56,851 bases of DNA from an uncultured Candidatus Saccharibacteria bacterium (GTDB taxonomy: Bacteria > Patescibacteriota > Minisyncoccia > UBA9983): assembly GCA_964456855.1 (NCBI GenBank), contig CAYWCU010000003.1, positions 1 to 56,851 of the forward strand, written 5' to 3'. A program made the position numbers and the translations under genes. Within the stretch, counting starts at the first letter, position 1, and each line of letters begins with the position of its first letter. Below are positions 34,235 through 43,544 of this stretch, piece by piece. Under the pieces are notes generated by a model that was not told the origin of the DNA, searched no databases, and saw only the letters and a program-made list of their open reading frames with translations.

Positions 34235-36913
34235 ATGTTGGAAAAACAAAACGCGTGGCACGCGCTCAGTTTGGATGAAATCAAAAATCGGCTCAAGGCC
34301 GATTTTGAGAAAGGCTTGAGTGAAAAAGAGGTTGAAGCGCGCCTGGAAAAATTCGGCAAAAATATCTTTGAGAAGGAAGAGGGCTTTTATTATCTCAAGC
34401 TTTTGTGGAGACAGCTTAAAAGCGCGCTTGTTTTTATATTGATTATCGCAGGGGCTGTCGCGCTGTTTTTGGGAGAATACACGGACGCCATCGTTATTTT
34501 TATCGCTGTCGTGATAAACACCGCCATCGGTGTTTTTCAGGAAGGAAAGGCGTCGCAGGCTTTTAAAAAACTGAAGTCTTCGCAAAAAAAGTATTCCGCC
34601 GTGATTCGCGATGGGCGAAAGAAAGTGATTGAATCATCCAATCTGGTTCCCGGAGACATTATAATTCTTCAATTGGGTGATCAGGTGCCCGCTGACGCGC
34701 GTCTTATTGAAGAGAAGGGGATAGAGGCCAATGAGGCCGTTCTGACGGGTGAATGGATTGCGGTTGACAAAGGGACTGACGAGGATATTCCGGAAAGAGC
34801 GCGCATAACAGAAAGAAAAAATATGCTTTGGATGGGGACATTCATAACTGAAGGGTGGGGGAAAGCAGTGGTTGTCAGCACCGGGTTTGACACTGAAATA
34901 GGAAAAATAGCGGAAATGATAGGCGAAGAAAAAGAAACGAGCACTCCTCTGCAAAAGGGCATTAAAAAATTGGCGCGTTTTTTGGGGCTTATCATCGGGG
35001 TTTCTATTTTAATAATTTTTGTTTTGGGCTTGGTAAGAGGAGAACCTTTGGGCGAAATGCTTTTGGTTTCGGTTGCTCTGGCGGTCGCCGCCGTGCCTTC
35101 CGGATTGCCGATTGCCGTTACGGTTGTTCTTGCCATCGGTATGGGCAGGATTTTAGCGAAAAAAGGATTAATCAAAAATTTAAACGCGGCGGAAACTCTT
35201 GGCTCCACGAGTGTTATTTTGACGGATAAAACAGGCACACTCACAAAGGCGGAAATGACGGTTTCAAAAATAATGACGCTGCTTTCGGAAAAAGAAGATT
35301 TTATGGAAAAAAAACACAAGGACCGTTTGCAGGTTCTTGAGATGGCCGTTCTCGCGACGGAAGCTTTCATAGAAAATCCGGAAGACGAACTCAAAGAATG
35401 GATTGTCAGGGGCAGACCGATGGATAGGGCGATTTATATCGCTTCCATAGAGGCGGGCATCAGACCGTTGGAGGTCTTTAAGAAATATCCGCGCATTGAT
35501 TTTATTCCTTTTGATTCGGAAAGAAGATACAACGCTTCAATGCATAAATTGAACGGGAGCAAGTCTCGCGTTTTCGCGATGGGCGCCCCGGAACTTGTCT
35601 TGGGATTTTGCGAAAAAGTTTATGAAAACGGAAAAGAATTAAAACTCACGGAAGAAAGGCGCGATTTTCTTGAAAAAATGTTTGAAAGGGAAAATTCTTC
35701 CGGCGCCAGAATGCTTGCCATCGCCTACAAAGACGGAGACTGGCAATCTTTTCCGCACCATGGCAAGAAGGCCGGAATTACCAAAGATATGGTCTTTGGA
35801 GGGTTTATAAGATTTCATGACCCCTTAAGGGATGATGTTTTTGAAGCGATAAGAATGGCAAAGGCGGCGGGCATCAGACTGGTGATGGCAACAGGAGACC
35901 ATATTGCGACGGCGCGGAAAGTGGCTGAAGAAGCGGGTCTTTTGAGAGAGAACGGTCTTGTCATAACCGGAGAAGAATTTGAAAAAATAAGCCCTGAAGA
36001 AATAAGCGAGAAAATAGAAGAGATAGATGTTTTTGCCCGAGTTTTGCCCAGTCAGAAACTGAAAATTGTGAGAATTTGGCAGGAGAAAGGAGAGGTCGTG
36101 GCGATGACGGGGGACGGAGTAAATGACGCTCCGGCGCTTAAACACGCGGACATAGGCATAGCAGTTGGCTCGGCGACGGAGGTTTCCAAAGAGGCTTCCG
36201 ATATGATATTGCTAAATAACAGTTTCAGCATTATCGTTACCGCCATAGCCGAAGGAAGAAGAATCCTGGACAACCTGAAGAAGATAATAGCCTATCTTCT
36301 CTCAACGGCGTTTAGCGAGATATTTCTTGTCGGTGTCGCCATAATCGCCGGTTTTCCCTTGCCGGTTTTACCCACTCAAATTCTGTGGACGAATATCATT
36401 GAGGAGGGTTTTATGAATTTCGCTTTTGCCTTTGAACCGCAAGAAAAAGGTCTTATGGAGCGCGACCCCCGGAAACAATCAGCCAAAAACTTATTGACAA
36501 AACAACTGAAGGAACTTGTTTTTCTTATTACCGCGTTGACGAGCGTCATATTGATTGTTTTGTTTTTTGTTCTCCTTTATCTTGACTATCCGATTGATGA
36601 AGTGCGAACGATTATGTTCGCCGGCATATCAATTGACTCAATCTTTTTCGCTTTCTCGTTAAAAAATCTCAGGAAGCCAGTTTGGAAAATAAATATTTTT
36701 TCAAATTATTATCTTATTTTTTCTCTCTTGATAAGTGTTCTTCTTCTTGCCGCCGCTCTTTTTATCCCGGTACTGCAAAAATTACTGACATTGGTTCCTC
36801 TTTCAGGGTGGGAGATTATACTGATTCTCGGGCTTGGCTTTTTAAATCTCCTCTCAATAGAAATGGCGAAGTATTTATTTTTTGAAAAACGATGGCATCC
36901 TAAAAATTTATGA
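34235..36913 (+). CDS. P-type II cation-transporting ATPase
   Basis: DKTGTLT, DPLR, TGD, MTGDGVNDAPALK; atypical TGEW and PSGLP motifs. Confidence 0.95.
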   Translation: MLEKQNAWHALSLDEIKNRLKADFEKGLSEKEVEARLEKFGKNIFEKEEGFYYLKLLWRQLKSALVFILIIAGAVALFLGEYTDAIVIFIAVVINTAIGVFQEGKASQAFKKLKSSQKKYSAVIRDGRKKVIESSNLVPGDIIILQLGDQVPADARLIEEKGIEANEAVLTGEWIAVDKGTDEDIPERARITERKNMLWMGTFITEGWGKAVVVSTGFDTEIGKIAEMIGEEKETSTPLQKGIKKLARFLGLIIGVSILIIFVLGLVRGEPLGEMLLVSVALAVAAVPSGLPIAVTVVLAIGMGRILAKKGLIKNLNAAETLGSTSVILTDKTGTLTKAEMTVSKIMTLLSEKEDFMEKKHKDRLQVLEMAVLATEAFIENPEDELKEWIVRGRPMDRAIYIASIEAGIRPLEVFKKYPRIDFIPFDSERRYNASMHKLNGSKSRVFAMGAPELVLGFCEKVYENGKELKLTEERRDFLEKMFERENSSGARMLAIAYKDGDWQSFPHHGKKAGITKDMVFGGFIRFHDPLRDDVFEAIRMAKAAGIRLVMATGDHIATARKVAEEAGLLRENGLVITGEEFEKISPEEISEKIEEIDVFARVLPSQKLKIVRIWQEKGEVVAMTGDGVNDAPALKHADIGIAVGSATEVSKEASDMILLNNSFSIIVTAIAEGRRILDNLKKIIAYLLSTAFSEIFLVGVAIIAGFPLPVLPTQILWTNIIEEGFMNFAFAFEPQEKGLMERDPRKQSAKNLLTKQLKELVFLITALTSVILIVLFFVLLYLDYPIDEVRTIMFAGISIDSIFFAFSLKNLRKPVWKINIFSNYYLIFSLLISVLLLAAALFIPVLQKLLTLVPLSGWEIILILGLGFLNLLSIEMAKYLFFEKRWHPKNL

Positions 36914-37866
36914 TTGGATACACATTACTTTTCGCAGTTTCTTTCATCTTTATGGCGCGCGCCGGGGGAACGTTAGTCGGGTGCATAACTCGCATGGCGC
37001 GTTTTTTCAAACTTTCAGAATTCGTAACCGCTTTTATTTTGATGAGTTTTGCGACATCCATTCCCGAGTTGTTCATAGGCGTTTCTTCCGCAATCGGAGG
37101 TGTTCCGAATATGTCTCTTGGAAATATCATCGGCGCAAATTTTCTGAATATTACGCTTGTCATCGGAATAGTCGCCTTCCTGGGAAACGGAATAAGGGTG
37201 GAAAGCAAAATCTCTCATCAGAACTTTTTGTTGATTTTTTTCCTCGCTTTTTTGCCGATTTTGCTCGCTCTTGACGGAATTATTTCAAGGGGCGACGGAA
37301 TAGTGCTCATCCTCGCATTCCTCCTTTATATTTATCGTTTGATAGGTGAAAAAGAATATTTCACTAAAATTTTAAATGGCGTTAATCTGGATTTCCGCGC
37401 TTTGGGAAAATTTTTCGTGTCAATGAATCGTTTTTTTCTCGGCGTTATGGTTTTGGTGGCAAGCTCCGCCCTGCTTGTTTGGGCGGGAGAAAAATTGGCC
37501 GTTGGAATTCATATGAACCTTCTTTCTTTCGGTGTTATTTTCGTTGCCCTCGGCACGACTCTGCCAGAACTGGTGTTCGGAGCGCGCGCCTCGTCCTTAA
37601 AGCATGCGAATATGGGCGTTGGAAACGCTCTTGGAAGCATCGCTTTTAATTCTCTTTTTATTATCGGCGTGGTGAGCCTCATCAGTCCTATCGCCGTCCA
37701 AAGCGATTCGGCCTTTTTTATCGCGACGGCATTTCTCTTTTCCGCTCTTCTTTTGTTTAATATTTTTATTTACAGCCGTTCCGCCATATCCAGAAAAGAG
37801 AGCTTGATTTTAATCTCGCTTTATTTCTTTTTTATTGTGATTGAATACGTGCTTCAGGTAGTGTAA
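36910..37866 (+). CDS. Ca2+/cation antiporter (CaCA/YrbG family)
   Basis: Alpha repeats ATSIPEL...GNIIGAN and GTTLPEL...GNALGS. Confidence 0.92.
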   Translation: MIGYTLLFAVSFIFMARAGGTLVGCITRMARFFKLSEFVTAFILMSFATSIPELFIGVSSAIGGVPNMSLGNIIGANFLNITLVIGIVAFLGNGIRVESKISHQNFLLIFFLAFLPILLALDGIISRGDGIVLILAFLLYIYRLIGEKEYFTKILNGVNLDFRALGKFFVSMNRFFLGVMVLVASSALLVWAGEKLAVGIHMNLLSFGVIFVALGTTLPELVFGARASSLKHANMGVGNALGSIAFNSLFIIGVVSLISPIAVQSDSAFFIATAFLFSALLLFNIFIYSRSAISRKESLILISLYFFFIVIEYVLQVV

Positions 37867-37881
37867 AATGGAAATAAATAA

Positions 37882-38955
37882 ATGAATCAGGCTCTTTTGG
37901 TCATTCTTGTCTTGGTTATCGGGGCCCTCGCGGGAGGGCTTGTTTTTTGGCTTTTGACGCGTTCCAAAAAATCCGCCAGCGGAAACAAGGAAGACGAGGA
38001 CAGAGCGATTTTGATGCTTCAACAGCAAATGAAGGAGGTTAGGGACACACTTGAAACAAAACTGAGTGAGAGCGCCAAAAGCTCGGCTGAGGCGATTCAA
38101 AAGCAATTTGGAGAGTCCCAAAAATTAATTAAGGACATTACGAAAGAAGTAACAGAGGTTAAAGAAGGGCAGAAGCAAGTCATAGGTTTTGCTGACCAGT
38201 TGCAAAACTTGCAGGATATATTGCAGAATCCGAAACGACGCGGGGTGCTCGGAGAGTATTATTTGGAAACTGTCCTTAAGAATGTTTTGCCTCCGAGTGG
38301 ATTTCAAATGCAATATAAGTTTTCCGACGGCGAAATCGTTGATGCCGTGATTTTTCTGGACAAAGATAAAATACTCTCCGTTGATTCAAAGTTTTCTTTG
38401 GAAAACTACAATCGGATTCTTGAAGAGAGAGACCCGGTTGAAAGAGAGAAATTGGAAAAGATATTCAAGCAAGACCTCAAAAATCGCATTGACGAAACTT
38501 CCAAATACATCAGACCCAAAGAGGGAACTATGGATTTCGCTTTTATGTTTATTCCGTCCGAGGCGATTTATTATGATCTTTTGATAAACCAAGTGGGGGC
38601 GGTTAAAACAAGCACCAGAGATTTGATTGAATACGCTTTCCAACAGAAGCATGTGATTATTGTTTCCCCGACGTCTTTTATGGCGTATCTGCAGACCGTA
38701 ATGCAGGGGTTGCGCGCCCTGCAGATAGAGGAGTCGGCGAAAGAGATACGCAAAAGGGTGGAGGAGCTCGGCAGGCATCTCAGTAATTATGAACAATTTA
38801 TAAAAAAGCTGGGCAACAATCTTTCCACGACCGTGAATACTTACAATACTTCTTACAAGGAATTTGGAAAAATAGACAAAGATGTTCTGAGAATTACCGG
38901 CGAGGCAGTGGGTAGCGAGCCACAAGTGCTGGACAAACCCGAGGAAATAGAGTAA
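37882..38955 (+). CDS. rmuC: DNA recombination protein RmuC
   Basis: RGVLGEYYLE, VDSKFSL, FMFIPSE, IIVSPTS. Confidence 0.95.
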   Translation: MNQALLVILVLVIGALAGGLVFWLLTRSKKSASGNKEDEDRAILMLQQQMKEVRDTLETKLSESAKSSAEAIQKQFGESQKLIKDITKEVTEVKEGQKQVIGFADQLQNLQDILQNPKRRGVLGEYYLETVLKNVLPPSGFQMQYKFSDGEIVDAVIFLDKDKILSVDSKFSLENYNRILEERDPVEREKLEKIFKQDLKNRIDETSKYIRPKEGTMDFAFMFIPSEAIYYDLLINQVGAVKTSTRDLIEYAFQQKHVIIVSPTSFMAYLQTVMQGLRALQIEESAKEIRKRVEELGRHLSNYEQFIKKLGNNLSTTVNTYNTSYKEFGKIDKDVLRITGEAVGSEPQVLDKPEEIE

Positions 38956-39100
38956 TATACTCAGGTATTCCAACGGAAATAAAAAGTTTTGTGGCGACAG
39001 GATTAAGTTGGAGGATGTGTCGCATTCTTTTGAAAACCAATCGTTATCAAATTAATTTAAAAGGAATTTAGAGCAATTTAAATTCATATTATAAAAGGCA

Positions 39101-39568
39101 ATGGAAAAAGCAAAAAAAACCCCAAAAACAACCAAGGCGGATTCAAAGGAGGCGACAAAGAAGAAAGTTGATGCTCTGGCGAAAGCCGTAAAGGAAACCA
39201 AGAAGACGCCCCTCAAAAAAGCGCCGGTCAAGAAAACCGACAAACAGGAATCGGAAGTTTTTGCCGTTATTCAAACCGGAGGGAAGCAGTATCTGGTAAG
39301 ACCGGGAGAAACATTAAAGATAGAAAAAATCGTTCCGCCTGAAAAAGGGGACACTTTCGCTTTTGAGGAAATTCTTTTGGTGTTTGACGGAAAGGAGGCT
39401 AAAATCGGAACTCCTTACGTCAGCGGGGCGAAGGTAACGGCAAAAATAGAAGGCGATGAGAAAGACAAAAAAATCAGCGTTATCCGCTATAAATCAAAAA
39501 CCAGGCAATTCAAAAAAAAAGGGCATCGTCAAATTCACACCAAAATTACTATTCTTGAAATAAAGTAG
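39101..39568 (+). CDS. rplU: 50S ribosomal protein L21 with a Lys/Ala-rich N-terminal extension
   Basis: FAVIQTGGKQY, IGTPYV, KKKGHRQ. Confidence 0.96.
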   Translation: MEKAKKTPKTTKADSKEATKKKVDALAKAVKETKKTPLKKAPVKKTDKQESEVFAVIQTGGKQYLVRPGETLKIEKIVPPEKGDTFAFEEILLVFDGKEAKIGTPYVSGAKVTAKIEGDEKDKKISVIRYKSKTRQFKKKGHRQIHTKITILEIK

Positions 39569-39579
39569 TTTATCGTTCA

Positions 39580-39611
39580 AAAACAACCCCGCAAGTTCGC
39601 GGGGTTGTTTT
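39580..39611. terminator. Bidirectional terminator between the convergent rplU and recR
   Basis: AAAACAACCCCGC-AAGTTC-GCGGGGTTGTTTT. Confidence 0.88.
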
Positions 39612-39648
39612 AATTTTGCGTCGTTCTCAAACAAGCGACTTTCTACGG

Positions 39649-40239
39649 TTACTTTCTGTTTTTTAGCGCGTTGTTCATTGTTTCACTGTCAATATATTCC
39701 AATTCCGTTCCGGTGGACAGCCCGCGTCCGAGACGAGTAACTTTGATTGGAAGAGGTTCAAGAATTTTTTCAATGTAGCGGGCGGTATTTTCGCCTTCAA
39801 GCGTCGCGCTTGTTGCAAGAATCACTTCCGCCGGTTTTTCTTTTTGCGCCTTATTGAATAATTCCTTAATAACCAAGCTGTTTTGTTTCTCGTTTTTCAA
39901 GGAAAGAGCCGAACCGAGAATGAAATATTTTCCGTTGTAAATTCCTGTTTTTTCAATATTATCAAGGTCAAGATTTTTCTCAACAACCATTAAGAGCGCC
40001 AAGTTTCTGTTTAGGCTTGAACATATCGGGCACTTATCGGAGGTGCCGTTTCCACGGTTTTCAAAATAACGGCGACAAGAAACGCATTGAACGGCGTTGT
40101 TTTTTATTTCTTTGATGAGTTTTGATAGCTCATCAACAAACTCATTGTCCGCGGACGACAAAAAGTAGGCGAATCTTTTCGCTTGTCGGGGTCCGATTCC
40201 GGGGAATTTCAAAAAATACTCAACTAATTTGTCAAACAT
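39649..40239 (-). CDS. recR: Recombination mediator RecR
   Basis: FPGIGPRQAKR, CxxC...CxxC, TOPRIM with ATLEGENTA, TRLGRGL. Confidence 0.95.
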   Translation of the reverse strand: MFDKLVEYFLKFPGIGPRQAKRFAYFLSSADNEFVDELSKLIKEIKNNAVQCVSCRRYFENRGNGTSDKCPICSSLNRNLALLMVVEKNLDLDNIEKTGIYNGKYFILGSALSLKNEKQNSLVIKELFNKAQKEKPAEVILATSATLEGENTARYIEKILEPLPIKVTRLGRGLSTGTELEYIDSETMNNALKNRK

Positions 40240-40248
40240 AAAATTTTA

Positions 40249-41616
40249 TTAGATTTGTCCGAAGTCGTCAGTTTCAATAGATGAGAAACTGACCATTTTG
40301 GGGTCAAAATAAAGCTTTGTGAAGCCCGTGGGACCATTCCTGTGCTTTTCTATAAGTATTTCGGCTATATTATCGCAATCATTTTGATTGTCCTTATATT
40401 TATCGTCCCTGTATATAAACATAACAACATCAGCGTCTTGCTCAATGGAACCGGAATCGCGCAAATCGTGAAGTTTCGGTTTCTTGTTCGGGCGCGATTC
40501 CAGGGCTCTTGAAAGCTGGGAAACGGCAAGAACCGGCACGTCCAGTTCTTTTGCCAATCCTTTAAGCGAACGGGATATTTCCGTCATCTGTTGAACCATA
40601 TTGTCAGTTCTGTGGCGAGGCGCCATAAGTTGAAGATAGTCAACGATTATAAGTCCAAGCCCATGTTCAGACTGAAGACGGCGAGCCATGGAACGCATCT
40701 GCATAATATTGTTTGATGATTCGTCGTCAATGAATATCGGGGCTTTGGAAAGTTTTCCCAGGGCATTGCTTATGCGCGCGAATTCTTCATCGCTTGAAAG
40801 ACGCCCCGTCCGCAATTTCCATGAATCAACCCGTGCTTCCGAAACCAGAAGCCTGTCAACGAGCGATTGCGAAGACATTTCCAAACTGAATATTCCAACC
40901 GGAATGTTTTGTTTGACCGCCACATTTCTGGCTATATCAAGCGCGAATGCCGTTTTACCCATAGATGGCCTTGCTGCCAAGATGATTAAGTCGGACTTCT
41001 GTAAACCGGCAAGTTGGCTGTCAAGTTCGGGAAATCCAGTCGGAATGCCTCTCAGCTCGCCTTTTGACTTGTGGAGACGGTCAATTCTTTCCCATGCGTC
41101 TTCAAGGGCGCTTTTCACGCTCGTGAATTTTTGTTTTAATGAGTTTTTAGTGATGCCGAATATCTTTTTTTCCGCCTCATCCAAAAGTTCGTCAACATCC
41201 CGCTCCTCGTTATATCCAAGATGGGAAATCTGACTTGACGATTCAATCAAGTCGCGCAGTATTCGTTTTTTGTGGACAATCTCGGCATAGTGTTTTGCAT
41301 TAGAAGCGTTCGGGACGGTGTTTATAGTTTCGGTAAGATATGCTCTTCCGCCGATGTTTTCCAGTTGTTTTTTTTCCTTAAGCCGGGACGAAACAGACAG
41401 AATATCAATCGGCTCTTTTTTATCATAAAGATCAAACATCGCCTTGTAAATAATCCTGTGTTTTTCGCTATAGAAATCGTCTTGGGTAAGCAAATCTCCG
41501 ACGATGTACGTGGCGACTGAATCGAGCATTAAGGAGCCCAGAACGCATTTTTCCGCGTCCAGGTCTTGCGGAGGCATTCGCGTTGCGGTAGATTGAGTTA
41601 TTTGCTTGAAAGACAT
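40249..41616 (-). CDS. dnaB: Replicative DNA helicase (no intein)
   Basis: PPQDLDAE, AARPSMGKT, IVDYLQL, SQLSR, DLRDSGSIEQDAD, KHRNGPTG. Confidence 0.98.
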   Translation of the reverse strand: MSFKQITQSTATRMPPQDLDAEKCVLGSLMLDSVATYIVGDLLTQDDFYSEKHRIIYKAMFDLYDKKEPIDILSVSSRLKEKKQLENIGGRAYLTETINTVPNASNAKHYAEIVHKKRILRDLIESSSQISHLGYNEERDVDELLDEAEKKIFGITKNSLKQKFTSVKSALEDAWERIDRLHKSKGELRGIPTGFPELDSQLAGLQKSDLIILAARPSMGKTAFALDIARNVAVKQNIPVGIFSLEMSSQSLVDRLLVSEARVDSWKLRTGRLSSDEEFARISNALGKLSKAPIFIDDESSNNIMQMRSMARRLQSEHGLGLIIVDYLQLMAPRHRTDNMVQQMTEISRSLKGLAKELDVPVLAVSQLSRALESRPNKKPKLHDLRDSGSIEQDADVVMFIYRDDKYKDNQNDCDNIAEILIEKHRNGPTGFTKLYFDPKMVSFSSIETDDFGQI

Positions 41617-41675
41617 AATAATTACATTCTAGCACAATTTTTCTTTTCTTCAACTTTTGCGCCGGCGCGCTGACA

Positions 41676-41728
41676 TGCACAAGTTCACTAACATATGGCA
41701 CTCTTCTAAAAAGAAGAGAAATGAGACA
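41676..41728 (+). repeat. 53-bp exact dispersed repeat, copy 1
   Basis: TGCACAAGTTCACTAACATATGGCACTCTTCTAAAAAGAAGAGAAATGAGACA, identical to 56799-56851. Confidence 0.95.
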
Positions 41729-41818
41729 ATTTAATAAATTCAAAGGAACAAAGGGGTTTGGCGCCTTAATTTAACAACATTGTTCCGTTTTTTGGGCGGA
41801 ACAGAGGAGGAGAAAAAA

Positions 41819-42106
41819 ATGGAGTATCGAATCCGGCAGGGCTATGATGACGCAGATAAATGCGTCATAGATGTGGGTATAGATATAGGTGACCTTGAAG
41901 CGGGGTTACCTTTCGAAACACCCGCTCGTGAAACTTACAAGCGGATTAAAGAAGTAAAAGGGGTGATTTCCTTTAGCGTTGAGAATCGCTACAGGGTTTC
42001 CATGGGGAAAGGATCATTATTTTTCTGGGACGACATTGTCCCGGAAGTGATGGCCATTCTTCGGGACGCATTTGCTCCTGGAGAAAAAATAAATGAGATT
42101 GATTAA
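41819..42106 (+). CDS. 95-aa protein resembling the Nfu/NifU N-terminal domain
   Basis: SD GAGGAGG 8 nt upstream; IKEVKGVISF...GKGSLFFWDDIVPEVMAIL pattern; followed by a terminator. Confidence 0.6.
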   Translation: MEYRIRQGYDDADKCVIDVGIDIGDLEAGLPFETPARETYKRIKEVKGVISFSVENRYRVSMGKGSLFFWDDIVPEVMAILRDAFAPGEKINEID

Positions 42107-42112
42107 GCCCCC

Positions 42113-42146
42113 ATCACCCCGAACCTGGTTCGGGGTGATTTTTTTA
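42113..42146 (+). terminator. Intrinsic terminator
   Basis: ATCACCCCGAAC-CTG-GTTCGGGGTGAT plus T-run. Confidence 0.88.
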
Positions 42147-43535
42147 TTTCTTTTTCAGCGAGCATCCCGCTGAACCGTCTCTCACTTCATAACCGAGAGA
42201 TTTGATTTTTTCACGCAACGCATCCGATTCCTCCCAGTTTCCTGTTTTTCGCGCGACTTCTCTTGCTTCCGCCAACTCTTTGATTTCTTCCGGAACCCCT
42301 TCCTGTTCGCCGGCGTTGGTGAGATTCAACCCGAGAACTTCATCAAAGCGCAGAATGGTCGCCAGCTTTTCTTCCTTTGGAAGATCTGATTTCAACATTT
42401 TTTGCGCGACAGCCAGCGCCTGCGGCATATTCAAATCGTCGTTTATCGCCACCAAGAATTTATCGCTAAATTCACACTTAGGTGCCTTGCACCTAAGTCC
42501 ACTTAGGTGCAAGGCACCTAAGTTGTTTATTTGATTTTTTAAATGCTCCAATCCATTTTTTGCCGCTTTTAAGCTTTCCCATGTAAAATTCATTTTTGAG
42601 CGGTAATGGGCTTGCAGGCATAAAAAGCGGAAGGCGAGGGGACTGAATCCTTTTTCTTCAAGGTCGCGAAGGGTGTAGAAATTTCCCAAGCTCTTGGACA
42701 TTTTTTTATTGTCAACGAGCAGATGCTCGTTGTGCACCCAATAATTGACCGGCTTTGGACAGTCGTGTCCCGCCGCGCTTTGCGCCAGTTCGTCTTCGTG
42801 GTGGGGAAACTTTAAGTCAACACCTCCGGTGTGAATATCAAAAGGGAGTCCGAGCTCTTTCTCGGACATCGCGGAGCACTCAATGTGCCAGCCTGGTCTG
42901 CCGTTCCCCCAAGGGCTTTCCCATGCCGGTTCGCCATTTTTCGCGGCTTTCCATAAAACAAAATCACTTACATCTTCTTTTTCGTATTCGTCGGCGTTTA
43001 CTCTGGCACCGGGCTTAATTTGCGATAAATCCAAATCCGCTAATTGTCCGTAGCGATATTTTTCAGCGTATTTTTTGATGTTAAAATAGACGGAGCCACC
43101 TTTTTCGTAAGCGAAGCCTTTGTCAACTAAAGCAGCGACAAGTTCCAGCATCTCGGAGATGGTTTCTGTTGCTCTCGGAGCCTCGTCCGGGCGGGGGATG
43201 TTCAGACGCTCCAAATCCTGCCAAAAATATTTTTCATAGATTTCCGTGTATCGCTTTAACGCTTCCATCGGCTCAAGCTCCGGAAATTTTTCCTTTGAAC
43301 CGGCGATGGTTTTGTCGTCCACATCCGTGATGTTCATCACCCATTTTGTTTTGAAGCCGTTGAATTTTAATGTCCGAACAAGCGTATCCGAGAAAATATA
43401 CGCGCGCAAATTTCCAATGTGCGCAAAATCGTAAACGGTCGGACCGCAAGTGTAAACTCCAGCCCCACCGCTTTTTATCGGAATAAATTCATCTTTTTCG
43501 CGCGAGAGTGAATTATATAATCGTAATTTAGACAT
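42144..43535 (-). CDS. cysS: Cysteinyl-tRNA synthetase
   Basis: CGPTVY, HIGN, GRPGWHIECS, KMSKS, DDLN. Confidence 0.98.
   Translation of the reverse strand: MSKLRLYNSLSREKDEFIPIKSGGAGVYTCGPTVYDFAHIGNLRAYIFSDTLVRTLKFNGFKTKWVMNITDVDDKTIAGSKEKFPELEPMEALKRYTEIYEKYFWQDLERLNIPRPDEAPRATETISEMLELVAALVDKGFAYEKGGSVYFNIKKYAEKYRYGQLADLDLSQIKPGARVNADEYEKEDVSDFVLWKAAKNGEPAWESPWGNGRPGWHIECSAMSEKELGLPFDIHTGGVDLKFPHHEDELAQSAAGHDCPKPVNYWVHNEHLLVDNKKMSKSLGNFYTLRDLEEKGFSPLAFRFLCLQAHYRSKMNFTWESLKAAKNGLEHLKNQINNLGALHLSGLRCKAPKCEFSDKFLVAINDDLNMPQALAVAQKMLKSDLPKEEKLATILRFDEVLGLNLTNAGEQEGVPEEIKELAEAREVARKTGNWEESDALREKIKSLGYEVRDGSAGCSLKKK
42476..42523. repeat. 48-bp double-hairpin REP-like palindrome inside the cysS coding sequence
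   Basis: ACTTAGGTGCCTTGCACCTAAGT-CC-ACTTAGGTGCAAGGCACCTAAGT. Confidence 0.9.
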
Positions 43536-43544
43536 TTTTTTATT

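Noticed and set aside
33604-34585. Long antisense ORFs (198 aa, 163 aa) opposite the ABC and P-ATPase genes, and similar shadows elsewhere (25851-26606, 34681-35394, 38386-38973, 40688-41233, 49012-49578)
   Set aside because: Typical stop-poor antisense frames of conserved genes, with no independent signals.
40249-41616. Intein in DnaB
   Set aside because: 455 aa with contiguous helicase motifs; no insertion.
41676-41728. CRISPR repeat interpretation of the 53-bp element or other repeats
   Set aside because: Only two copies, 15 kb apart; no regularly spaced repeat-spacer array anywhere in the window.
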